A stretch of 64,000 bases of DNA from Octopus sinensis. Taxonomy: Eukaryota. The stretch covers positions 2,418,001 to 2,482,000 of the forward strand of contig NC_043020.1 of NCBI RefSeq assembly GCF_006345805.1, in the 5' to 3' direction. Under the pieces are notes generated by a model. That model was not told the origin of the DNA. It did no database searches and saw only the letters and a list, made by a program, of their open reading frames with translations. The position numbers and the translations under genes are program-made. Below, in pieces: positions 25,798-37,719 of the stretch; position 1 is the first letter of the stretch; each line of letters starts with the position of its first letter.

Positions 25798-26927
25798 TCA
25801 TCTGTTTTTCTATGCTAGCATGTACTGGATGATTTGACAGGAACTGGCAAAACAAAGGACTGCACCAAGCTCTGTTTGCTTTCGCAAGATTTCTGTGGCT
25901 AAATACCCTTCCTGATGCCAACCACTTTATAGAGTGGACTGGGTGCTTTCCATGTGGCACCAACACCAATGAGGTAACCAAGAAACTTGCAAAACAAGGA
26001 CTCCCTCAACTGAGGAGAAGGGATAGTATTGGGGGGAGGGGGATTTATGCAAGGTGACGAGAGGTTAAAGTATGATAGAAAGAGAGGAGTCTTGCTGCAG
26101 GGGAGATACATGGCTACTCCAGTAGGGAAAGGGAGAAGAAAGGAGAGGAGGAGGAGAGAGAGAGAGAGAGAGTGAGAAGCTGGTAGTGAAAGTGTGTTAG
26201 GGCATAGGCTCAAGGTACAAGGGGCTGGATTAAGTGGAGCGGTAGAGAGGATTAAATAGGGTGAGTTGCTCACTCTGCAAGGGTGCAAAAGAAAATGAGA
26301 GAGAGAAGAAAGAGCAATGTAGTGAGTGATGAACATGGACAGAGGAGAGAGAGAAGATGCTTATGTATGAAGGTGGCAGACAGTCATGGGGATCAATAGC
26401 TAGCATTTCTCGTCCCCTTAAATTAGCAATTCAGCAAAAGACTCCATTAGAATAAGTACTATACTTCAGAAAATAAACCCCTGAGGTCAATTTCTTCGAC
26501 TAAAACCCTTCAAGGTGGTGCCCCAGCATGGCCACAGTCTAATGACTGAAACGAGCAAACAAACCAGATACTGCATGTATATTACATAGACTACTTTCAA
26601 AACAATTAGGGGGAAAATGAAACAGTGCACAAATGCGCAGCACACAGAAACTGCGGTTGGTATCATAGCAAAAGTATGCACATGCAATCAAAATAGGATA
26701 TTTCTGAAAGGAGGAAAACAACTAAATAACTAGTATAAAATGGATAGAGAGGCACCTGACTGCAGATGTTGGTCTGACATAATTTTCCTCTCTAATGAAA
26801 ATGACAATAGTGTGCTAATTATCACCATAACAATATCTAATGACTAAGAAATGTGTTGTGGCAGATGTGAGTTGAAAAGCTGAGAAATTACAACTGGTTT
26901 AGTTGTTGATATATATATATACATATA

Positions 26928-26962
<35 letters not shown>

Positions 26963-26992
26963 CATGCATACCTATATCTATCTATCTATCTA

Positions 26993-27044
<52 letters not shown>

Positions 27045-27692
27045 TATACACACACACATAGACAGAGAGACATAGACATATATATATATATATATGGCAA
27101 ATGAAAAACGCAAGATGGAATATAAGAGAATTTAAGCTACCAGGTGTAAACCATTCGTTTATCCATATATATATATATGTGTGTGTGTGTGTGTATAATG
27201 TATATATACATAAATATATATATATATATATATATATAATCATGTATATATTATATATATATATAAATATATACACATGTGTATATATACATATATGTGT
27301 GTGTATATACACATATGTACTACATATATATACATAAAAATATGAATATATACACACACACATATTATATATATATATATACATACATACATATATAATA
27401 TGTAAGTATGTGTGTTTGTATGTGTGCATATGTAATAGCTGTTGAAGGAATGTGTCTTGTCATGCATTTTTGTTTGATGAAACTGGAATGGTAAACAAAG
27501 ACATTGAACAGATTGTTCAAGAAAGAGAGATATAGACATGTTTCAGGAATTGGCACAATACAGGAATTTGCAGATATTGTCAGGGCTTTGTCATATAACA
27601 TTTCTTTACCTTTAGATACTTTTGTATTTGTTTTCCAAGATGTACCAATTCCAATATTATTTTTTTTATGCAAGAGAAGAAACCAGGTTTAC

Positions 27693-27788
<96 letters not shown>

Positions 27789-27829
27789 CAATCTATCTAT
27801 CTACAGACAGACAGATAGATGGATAGACT

Positions 27830-28197
27830 GGCACAGTCATGTGACAAGAAGTTTGCTTCCCAATCACATGGTTCTGGGTTCAGTCCCACTGCGTGGCACA
27901 TTGGTCAACACTCTTCTACTATAGCCTCAGGCCAACCAAAGGCTTGTGAGGGGATTTGATAGATGGAAACTGAAAGAAGCCTGTCATATATGTGTGTTTG
28001 TGTGTGTTAGTCCTCCACCACCACTTGACAACCAGTGCTAGTGTGTTTATGTCCCTGTAACTTAGCAGTTCACCAAAAAGAGATCAATAGAAGTACCAGG
28101 CTTTAAAAAAAAAAGTACTGGCATTGATTCACTGAACTTTAATGCTTCAGGTCAGAACTCCAGCATGGTCACAGTCTAATGACCAAAACAAATAAAA

Positions 28198-28200
<3 letters not shown>
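27830..28200 (+). mobile_element. SINE family A
   Basis: Head, ggcacattggtcaacactcttctactatagcc body and tail are present. Confidence 0.8.
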
Positions 28201-28236
<36 letters not shown>

Positions 28237-28489
28237 TGTGGTGGAATAGAAAGCTATGAATGATAGCATAAAAAAATGGGTTAAAAAACTTGTTGGAGGG
28301 AGAAATCAAAGGTTGCCCGTGGGACAGAAAATGTGGGTTCACATCCCACAGGCAGCCTTCAACTGCTTGTATCCAAATCCTTTCTTCTTTGCGTGTGTGC
28401 GTGTGTGTTCTTTTTTTACCAAATCCTTTCTCCAGAAAACTTTAGAATTCAGTAGAGGAAAGGTTGTATTCTAAGTGAGTATTCAGACA

Positions 28490-29720
28490 TTAACATTTCT
28501 ATGTATGTTAGAAAACTTCAGTGCTATTTTATGAGAGATAATTCTTTTTGGGGGTTAAGCGTAATAATGGCCAGAAATTGTTTGATGCAACCATTAGATC
28601 ATACAATGGAATTGAGGTTTGTGAACAAACAGGATTGTACATTTTATACACACTTCAAAAATGCTTCTGCTTTACAGGGTCTGTTCTTCATCATGATGTC
28701 CATTTATACCGTCTTTTATGTGGTATGAATGGCTACAAAAGGTTTGCTGTGAGGGATGTACTTCATCAACAAAGTCACAAAGACTTTCAAATCACAGCAA
28801 ATACCATGTTAAGGATACTAAATTACTTAGATATAATCCTGGATCTAAACATTGGTAAATACCACGTTTATAGTAAATCTAACAAGAAATTACAATATAT
28901 TTTAATATGAATTTCAACTCCACTCCAATAAGCATAACTGTTCATTCAATAACATTGATAAGGACGTATCCAGCTTCTCCCCTGAGGCGGAATCCTTTAA
29001 GCATGCTACTCATTATTAAAATGATGTATTAAAAGGTAGTTACTTCAAAGATAGAATAAATTACACAAGGAACAACACTAATATTCATAAATGCGAAAAT
29101 AGCAAAATGAGATATTATATGGTATGATCCACTTTATAGTTAAAATGTTCATTGTAATGTTGCCGTAATTATCCTAAGCCTTATAAATCATCATTTCCCC
29201 ATACACTACAGATAACGTATTTAATAAAAATATAAAAGGGACGTGAACTACAGCTACACTAAGAACTTTGCTGCTTCCCATAACTCATTTAAATTGAATA
29301 ATCCTTTCCATTAGGAGCATACAAAGCTGTTCTAATAAATTCCTATGATCCTAATAACTACTATCTCAAAAGTATGTGCCTTTCTGAAGCATTTATTTGG
29401 TAAGATCCTCATCAGATGAAAGCTATACAATAAGTTATATAGGGCTTACTAAAAAGCCTTTTAAGAAAAGATTCTTGCAAGATACACATACACTTAGAGA
29501 CCCAGAAAAATACACTACTACTTCACTATCCAGATACATCTGGAATTCAAAAGATAATGCAATAACTATAGAATAAACTCGTCCATCCCAGAACACATAA
29601 CCACCTACATTAATTATTCCAGAAGGTGTGGTCTCTATCTCTTGGAAAAGTATACTATTCTCTTATAACATTTTACAGTAATGAACAAAGAGTGGATTTA
29701 ATCAATTCTTGCAAAGACTT
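28490..29720 (+). mobile_element. Decayed Penelope-like element (RT, then C-terminal GIY-YIG endonuclease)
   Basis: Fragments FDATIRSYNGIEVCEQTGLYIL, ILNYLDIILDLNIGKY, IIWYDPLYS and YIGLTKKPFKKRF...TTSLSRYIW match PLE consensus motifs (FDVTMGS.DGAE.CELVGLYIL, NFLDVTLDL, IIWFNPPFS, YIGLT...FK.R) in the expected order. Many stops and frameshifts. Confidence 0.8.
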
Positions 29721-30014
29721 GCATTTCTACTTATTGAAGGATTTCCAACTCCCAATTAGCTAAAATATATTTCTTACACAATGGATTTGCAATAGACTGA
29801 AAGTAGCCATATAATAAAACAAAAACATTCCTTTATTCACCAGCAGGACACACCCCTTGTATATGTATATTCTACATACAGAAGACATCAAAGCATCACA
29901 AATTTTCTCATGTCAGTTGACTGAAACATTATATTCAACAGGGAGGAATGGATGCATTTTCTAATGATTTTTTTTCATTGGTAACATGATGTACCACAGA
30001 CTAATCATATATAT

Positions 30015-30175
30015 ATGATGGGCTTCTTTCAGTTTCCGTCTACCAAATCCACTCACAAGGCTTTGGTCGACCTGAGGCTATAGTAGAAGACACTTGCCCA
30101 AGGTACCACACAGTGGGACTGAACTCGGAACCTTGCAATCGGGAAGCAAACTTCTTACCACAAAGCCATGTCTGC
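30015..30175 (-). mobile_element. SINE family A, 5' half
   Basis: Matches 39625-39788. Confidence 0.8.
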
Positions 30176-30236
30176 ACTATATATATATATATATATATAT
30201 ATGGAGAGAGAGAGAGAGAGAAAGAGATATGTATAC

Positions 30237-30268
<32 letters not shown>

Positions 30269-30305
30269 AAGAGATATGTATACTATATATATATATATAT
30301 ATATG

Positions 30306-30338
<33 letters not shown>

Positions 30339-30340
<2 letters not shown>

Positions 30341-30600
30341 TTGCGAATCGGGGCAGATATCCGTGGCTGACGGGCGTCTGCTACTCTAGACCGATGAAGG
30401 ACAATGATCCTGAAACATGCGTGTCTCTAGATGCAGGCCTGGCTGCTGGGGGTGTTTGCCTCTCCTTCGTAAATGTATATAAGGACACAGGAAAAATGTG
30501 TCGAAGCCATCAGGAAGCGTCGATGCTTCCTAGGGCTAAACAGCGGTGGTGTAACCCCCTACTGTCACGTTCACGTTAGATTGACAGTATACAACCATTC
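30339..30600 (+). mobile_element. Hammerhead-bearing ~260-bp cassette (retrozyme-like or Penelope pLTR-like)
   Basis: CpG-rich, GC-richer, multi-hairpin island between (TA)n tracts, containing the ribozyme fold. Confidence 0.55.
30376..30438 (+). ncRNA. Type I hammerhead ribozyme with U4C core variant; predicted cleavage after C30425
   Basis: Stem I GTCTGC-tact-CTAGA / TCTAG-at-GCAGGC; core CCGATGA; stem II AGGA/TCCT with loop CAATGA; GAAA; stem III ACA/TGT with loop TGCG; GUC cleavage triplet. Confidence 0.8.
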
Positions 30601-31440
30601 TATATATATATATATATATAATATCAAGCGAACATACAGTCGCTGATTTTCATTTTTGCATATATGTATAAATATATACATATATATACATAAACATATA
30701 TATATATATAAAACGTATACATATAAACACACACACACACACACACACACAAACATATATACATACATACATATAAATATACATATATATATGAAAGTAA
30801 ACATAATCATAGCACATTTGAATGTAAACTAAATTATTCAACACAAGTTAAATTGCACAGTTCCTCCAGATAAAACAAACACATAATTTATGCATCAGAT
30901 TCCATAAAAGCCTATTTAAAGATCAATTCTGTTGATTAGCCTGTTCTATTTCCAAATCACAAAAGATCCTCGGGGGGGTTACGATGCTCAGCTCTGGTTT
31001 CTCTGATTTGCTGTTAATCAAATGAGAAAGATAAGGGCAAAGATCTCACAAGAGGAAACCCAGTGCTGTACCAGACACCACCGGACCAACCATCAAATGC
31101 AGAATAACGCAGTTGTTTACAAAGGAAAACTGTACTCCCAGTGGTACTTATCCACTTATAAATACATAAAATGGATCATTGACAGCAAAGTGCCTTAGAA
31201 GTTAAAGATGAAATACAGCTGCTCATGACATGATACAACTAAACCGTTTGACAGTTGGTTGCTTGATATTCATCTCTCTGCTTCCCTGCAGAACTTTGGT
31301 AAAAATAGAAATAAGGTGTCTGCAATTAGCATTTCTCAACTGATTAAATAATGTCGAATGATATTTGGTAATTTGGTAATCTAATGGGAGACCTTTGAAG
31401 AATTATAAGAATTAACTAAAATATTGCTTGTGTAAAGCTA

Positions 31441-31672
31441 AGGCGGCGAGCTGGCAGAAACGTTAGCATGCCGGGCGAAATGCTTAGCAGTATTTCGTCT
31501 GCCGTTACGTTGTGAGTTCAAATTCCGCCGAGGTCGACTTTGCCTTTCATCCTTTCGAGGTCGATAAATAAAGTACCAGTTACGCACTGGGGTTGATGTA
31601 ATCGACTTAATCCCTTTGTCTGTCCTTGTTTGTCTCCTCTATGTTTAGCCCCTTGTGGGCAATAAAGAAATA
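31441..31672 (+). mobile_element. Full-length SINE family B with target-site duplication
   Basis: Head aggcggcgagcTGGCAGAAACG with B box GAGTTCAAATTCC. Central gcctttcatcctttcgaggtcgataaataaagtaccag resembles the MetaSINE domain (from memory). AAAGCTA flanks both sides (31434-31440 and 31673-31679). Confidence 0.9.
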
Positions 31673-31824
31673 AAAGCTACCATGGGTTGTAGGGTGTCAT
31701 AAGTGGAGTCCACTCAACTGCAAGCTTTTAGACCAAATTTCCTGTCTCCAAGAATGAAGCTAACTTTCCTTCTCTGACCATTCTTGAGGGCCATGCAGTC
31801 TTCTTTGGAATTCTAGTCTCTTAA

Positions 31825-31940
31825 AATACTGGTGATGGTGCCACATGAAAAAGCACTGGTGACGGTGCCACATGAAAAGCACTGGCACTGGTGCCATGTA
31901 AAAGGCACTGGTGACGGTGCTACATAAAGAGCACCCAGTA
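31825..31940 (+). repeat. Short tandem repeat (~27-bp unit, cactggtgacggtgccacatgaaaaag) related to the RTE 3' UTR motif
   Basis: About four degenerate units are visible. Confidence 0.7.
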
Positions 31941-32428
31941 CTCTAACTTTTCGTCTTACTTTCTTAGGATTTCAGTTAATTCTTCATCTTCTTCTCCACT
32001 CCTCCTCCTCCTCCTCCTTTATGTCTCTTTGTCAGTCTCTGTCAGTTTCTCTCTCTCTCTCATCCTCTCTCTCTCTCTCTCTCTCATCCTCTCTCTCTAA
32101 CACTCCTTCCTCTCTATATAGCTATGATCTTTCATATGGAACTTATTCTCACTCTCTCCTTCTGTCAGTCTCTCCCTATCTCTCTTTCCCTCTATATCTT
32201 TCCATCTACTATCTCTGCAACACACTGCCTGTCTGTCTGTCTGGCTGTCTGGCCATCTTCCAATTCTCTCATTCACTCATACCTCTCTCTCTCTCTATTC
32301 TTCACTCTCTCTCTCTCTTTCCCTCTCTCTCTCCCCATCCCCATCTCTCAACATCAAACACCTCTGTTCCCCCTCCACCACCACCATATCCTATTGTAAT
32401 AAGCTAATTAATTTCACATCTACGTCAG

Positions 32429-32458
32429 ATCAAATAGACATTTCTAATATTCCACAAC
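32429..32458 (+). CDS. Possible 30-nt symmetric microexon (xQIDISNIPQ)
   Basis: Branch-point-like CTAAT at 32404-32408, acceptor cag (32426-32428) and consensus donor GTAAGT (32459-32464). Confidence 0.25.
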
Positions 32459-33129
32459 GTAAGTGGATTACAAGATTGTCTCAGCTCTTACACCAAGACA
32501 AGAGTTCAGGTGTTCTCTTGTGTCTCTATGACAGTTGGAGGGGGGAGGGGCCTGGGAGGAGGGGGTCTCAGGTTTGTGGAGTGTGTGTGTGCCTTAGTGT
32601 TAATGTGTGTGGGGTGGGTGGGTAAGTGTGTGTATGTGCATTAATGAGTGCATGGGGGTATGTGTGGCGGGTGAGTCTGTGTATGTGGGTGGGTATGCGT
32701 GTGGAAATGTGTATATGTGTGGAGGGCAAGTGTGTGTATGTGAAGTTGTGTGTATGCGTGCAAAAGTATAGGTATGTATGTGTAACTGTGTGGGGGTGTA
32801 TGTGTATGTATGGGCGCATGGGTGTGTTTGTGGTGTGTGTGTTTGTGGTGTATGTGGTGTATGTGTATATATGTGGGTGCATGTATGTGTGTGGCTGCAT
32901 GTATGTGGATGTGTATGTTTGTGCATGCGTGTGTGAGTGTATGTATGTGCATGGGTGTGTGTGTGGTGTGTGCATGTATGAAAGAACAGGGAGAGAGAGA
33001 GAGAGAGAGAGAGAGAAAGGGAGTGAAAGATAGAGGGAATAAGAGAATAGGGTCTTTTCCATTCATTGTCAGGGCAGCTGTGGGCACCAGCAGGCCCTGG
33101 ACAAGAACAACATCAACGTAGTCAGTGTC

Positions 33130-33237
33130 GTCAACATCATCATTGCAATCATTGTCACCACCATCATCGTCATCATCATCATCATCACCATCATTATCAT
33201 CATCGTCACCATCACCATCGTCATCTTCATCATCATC

Positions 33238-33269
<32 letters not shown>

Positions 33270-33555
33270 CGTCACCATCATCATCATCATCATGGTCACC
33301 ATCATCATCATCATCATCACCACCATCATCATCATCGTCACCATCATCATCATCATTACCATCATCATCATCATCATCACCATCATCATCATCATCGTCA
33401 CCATCATCATCATCATCGTCACCATCATCATCATCATCATGGTCACCATCATCATCATCATCGTCACCATCATCATCATCATCGTCACCATCATCATCAT
33501 CATCATCATCGTCACTATCATCATCATCATTGTCACCATCATCATCATCATCATG
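33130..33555. repeat. (CAT/CAC)n repeat
   Basis: Visible directly; source of the poly-His, poly-Ser, poly-Ile and poly-Met pseudo-ORFs. Confidence 0.95.
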
Positions 33556-34859
33556 ACATACGTTTACAATAATTATACAATGTCAACACAAGAACACACC
33601 AAGTCACACACGCACAAACATACACATATATAGATATATCTTATACACACACACACACACACACACATATAAAAAAATTAGATGACATAGGAATAACTGA
33701 TTATCTTATGAACTTAATTGGCCTTACAGCTGTTTCTGCTATAAGAAGCCTTATTGCTTCATCAGAGCCTTGACAATGAAGTGCAATTTAGTTGGGAAAA
33801 GAATTACATTTATACATTTATTTTGGAAAAAGCATTACAAATGAGAAAGCCAACCATAGATGTGTTGAGTTCTAGACCAGGTTATCAGTCTTGCAATGTC
33901 TAAGAAATGTATATGCATCTTATAATAATTCTGACTGTCATTCTGTTACTTAGCCTGTCAGTAATGCTTTCACATGATTAGAGAAAAAGAGGGAGTGAGA
34001 AAAGAGGGAGTGAAAAAGAGGGAGTGAGAAGTGTCCATGATGTGAGGTAGAGGGAATGTAATTGTAACACTTTCATGTGGTTAGTTGAAGGGAAAGAAAA
34101 GAGAAAGGAAAGAGAGAGAGAAAAAGACAGAGAGAGTAAACTAGGGAGAGAGAAGCATCCATGACATGAGGTAGGGGGAATGTAATATTTATTACATGGT
34201 TTAAAAGTTAGTTGAAGTTAGTGACGATACAGAGGAGGAGAGTTAAAAATACAATGTTAGCAGAGGGATGATGTTCTGACGGTGAGGTTAAAGAAAGGCA
34301 CACACAGAGAGAGTGAGAGGAGAGGAGGGAAGAGAGAGAGGAGGGGAGAGAGAGGAGGAGAGAGAGATGGTGATGGAGGTGACAGTGGTGATCGGATAGT
34401 GAAAAGTTTTTTTATATATCCCCTGTCACTTAACGCATGCACATAAGTGCAATTCTGTGAAATACTCATGCTTATTTATGTGGCAGATATATGCAATTTA
34501 ACTAAAGGTTGATATTTTTTTATGGGGAAAATAGAAAAATAAGAGTGAATATTTATTTTATGAGTGTTGTGTGTTAAGTCTATAACATTGTGCATAAAGT
34601 ATAGAAGTGCTTTAAGTAATCAACATATTCCAATTCCTTTCACTTTTCAATGAGTAGCAGATGAGCGACTATCATTTGATACAGACACAACACAGGCTTT
34701 TTGGATAAAGTTTTCAGAAATAACCAAATAGGTTTACAATTAACTCTGTGAAATATTCACAGGTCCCACTGGTATATATAAATGAAGGAGTGCAGTAGAG
34801 TTTTTAAAGGTATCATGAAAGGCCTGGTTGGAGGCTCAACCTTCCCAGTTCTTTTACAG

Positions 34860-34985
34860 GGCTTAGAAAAACAGAAGGACCACTGCAATAAGTGTGTGAA
34901 TCTGAGAAGGGAATTTGTTGAATAAAATCGTAATTAATTGATCCTCCTGTTTTACTCAAAGCCAAGAACTTTTTAGCACTCCCTC
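34860..34985 (+). mobile_element. mariner transposase C-terminal remnant
   Basis: LEKQKDHCNKCVNLRREFVE* resembles the mariner terminus (W.KC....GEY.E*). Confidence 0.45.
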
Positions 34986-35261
34986 TTGTGGTACCACCTC
35001 ACCCATGCTAGCATGGAACACAGATGTTAAATGATGATGATGATAATATATAAATATATATATGTAGATATGTATATGCAGGTGTCTTTCACTTTTCATT
35101 TACCAAATCCACTCACAAGGCCCAGGTCAGCTTGGAGCCATAGTAGAAGAGACTTGCCCAAGGTTCCACACAGTGGGACTGAACCTGGAACCATGAAGTT
35201 GGGAAGCAAGCTTCTTATCACATGACCACATGTTGACAAGATCCATTGCCAAACACCCTGT

Positions 35262-35470
35262 GTGGTGGTGGCGATGGTGGTAGAGTCTATTATGAAGAGT
35301 ATGGTGCAAAAGATCCTACATGATCATTCCTACATGATCAGGAGAGAGCAGTTTATGAGTGGCAAGACCTGGGAGAATTGTGTGACCATGCAACCCCACA
35401 CCCAAAAACATGTGGCCTCCTGGCTCTCCCGATTTCAAACCCCTGGAAAGCCAAGACTCATTCATCTTCA
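35262..35470 (+). mobile_element. Tc1-like transposase catalytic-domain remnant
   Basis: atgtggcctcctggctctcccgatttcaaacccctggaa encodes MWPPGSPDFKPLE, similar to WPPNSPDLNPLD. Confidence 0.6.
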
Positions 35471-35734
35471 GAGGAAGGAATGAACCAGCGTCTCTGTGGT
35501 GCCAAAGACTGAATGGAGGTGCAGGGGGTGGGGGCTGCTGCTTCCATGAGCTGTCGTTTCAGTAGGTGTGTCTACTGTGATGCCAAGAGTGATGGTGGTG
35601 ATGGTGGGGAAGGAAGACGGCGCCAGGAGATAATGGTTGCCGCAGTAGGAGTTATTAAACTGTCTATAAATCTTGCTGCTATTGATGATGATGATGATGA
35701 TGAGGGAGGTTTGTAGCAGTGATGATGACAGTGG

Positions 35735-35806
35735 TGGTGGGGGGTTGTAGTGGTGGTGGTGGTAGTAGTAGTAGTGGTAGTGGTGGTAGTAGTAGTAGTA
35801 GTGGTG

Positions 35807-35852
<46 letters not shown>

Positions 35853-35985
35853 TGGTGGTAGTAGTGGTGGTAGTAGTAGTAGTGGTGGTGGTAGTGGTGG
35901 TAGTAGTAGTAGTGGTGGTGGTAGTGGTGGTAGTGGTGGTAGTAGAGGTTTTGGTGGTGGTGGTGGTTGTAGTGGTGGTGGTAAT
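35735..35985. repeat. (GGT/AGT)n repeat
   Basis: Visible directly. Confidence 0.95.
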
Positions 35986-36305
35986 GATAAGGAACACTAT
36001 GATGATACAATATGCAGTAAACACATACACATGTATACTTACACACACACACACACACACTTTCTCTCTCACTCACACACTCATACACACACATACTCTC
36101 ACTCCCTAACTCTCTCTCTCATACACACACATACACAAAGCATACAACCACACATCCACACAGCTGCAAAGACACACTAAAGATTTTATGATTTTGTTTC
36201 CAAAATTGAACTGTTAAATATTTAACAGGTTCCACCAAAATGTGGAGAATAGAGGGATAAGAGTGTGTGTGTGTGTGTCTATGAGAGAAAAAGAGAAAGA
36301 GAGAG

Positions 36306-36363
<58 letters not shown>

Positions 36364-36384
36364 AGAGAAGAAAGAGAGAGAGAG

Positions 36385-36430
<46 letters not shown>

Positions 36431-36456
36431 AGAGAAAAGAGAAAGAGAGAGAGAGA

Positions 36457-36487
<31 letters not shown>

Positions 36488-37416
36488 GTCTGCTTTTGAG
36501 TGAGTATACGTGTATATGAAAGTGTGTGTATCTGGATATGTGTATATGTACATGTCTGCATTTGAGTGAAAGAGAGAGAGTGTGTATACGTGTGTGAGTG
36601 TATATGTGTATTTCTGCATTTGTGTGAAAAGAATGTGTGTGTATGTGTACATGCATTTGTGTGAGAGTCTGTGTATTCATTTGTGTGCAAAAGAAGGAAA
36701 GAAAGAGAGAAGTGTGTGTGTGTGTGGTGTGTGTGTGTGTGTTTGCTGCAAAGAGATTTAATTTTAATTCATTTGAGAATTTATCAAAGATTTCCATTTG
36801 TTACACGAAAAGGAGAGAAAGAAAAGAGAGAAAGGAGAGACAAAGAAGGAGAGAAAGGGAGAGTTACAGAGACAAAGAAACAGTGACACATAGAGCTCAC
36901 AGAAAAAAGATACAGATGTCTGAATCTGCACACACACACACACACATAGATAGGCAGTCAGAAATACACACAGACAGACATTTATATCGTCATCCATATT
37001 TAATGTCCACAACACGGTAAGCTGGCAGAATCATTGACATCCTGGGCAAAAACTTAGCAGCAGTTCATCAGTCTTAATTGTTCTGAGATCAAATTCACCC
37101 AACGTTGACTTCACCTTTCATCCTTTCAGGATTGATAAACTTAGTACCAGTTATACACTGGTGATTATGAAATCCACTTACCCACTCCACGACATTGCTG
37201 GCCTTGTGCCAAAATTTGAAACCCTTATTTGATGTTTGCTTTTTTTTTTGTTTACACAGGTCAGATGGATTTTGTAAAAGTGGATGCTCTCCCTGTCACC
37301 AACCCTTACCTGCTTACAAAAAATATAATCAATGAAGGTTGGCAACAGGAAGAGCATGCTGCCATTTAAAAAATCTGCCTCCATAAAATCCATTTGACCC
37401 ACGCAAGTAGATATAT

Positions 37417-37715
37417 GGGGGGTGATGGGTAAATTGTCACCATTTTATATTTTTAATTTTGCACATGCGCATTGTTTGTTTTTGATTTTGTTGAGTATAG
37501 TAGGGTCAGTTGGGCACCGTCTGTGAGGAAAACAGCACCATGACACAATTCACTCTGCCTAAAATTTGGAAACAACATATTGTATTGCTTGACATTCATG
37601 CCAGAAGCTGCGATACGACCATTTCTAAAGACAGTGCAGAGGATTCGGAAAGAGTTGGTTGAGTCTAATGGTGATTATGAAGGTACGGCAGCTTGGAAAA
37701 CTCACTCCAATCCGT
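37417..37715 (+). mobile_element. Tc1/mariner 5' end with start of transposase
   Basis: TA-flanked terminus ggggggtgatgggtaaattgtcacc. Frameshifted MTQFTLPKIWKQH...TVQRIRKELVESNGDYEGTAA is HTH-like. Confidence 0.5.
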
Positions 37716-37719
37716 TGTT

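Noticed and set aside
33066-33572. His-rich 168-aa ORF (possible histidine-rich beak-type protein)
   Set aside because: It is an almost pure (CAT/CAC)n tract, open in all forward frames and starting at a GTC/non-ATG codon; it lacks the Gly/Ala-rich complexity of real His-rich proteins.
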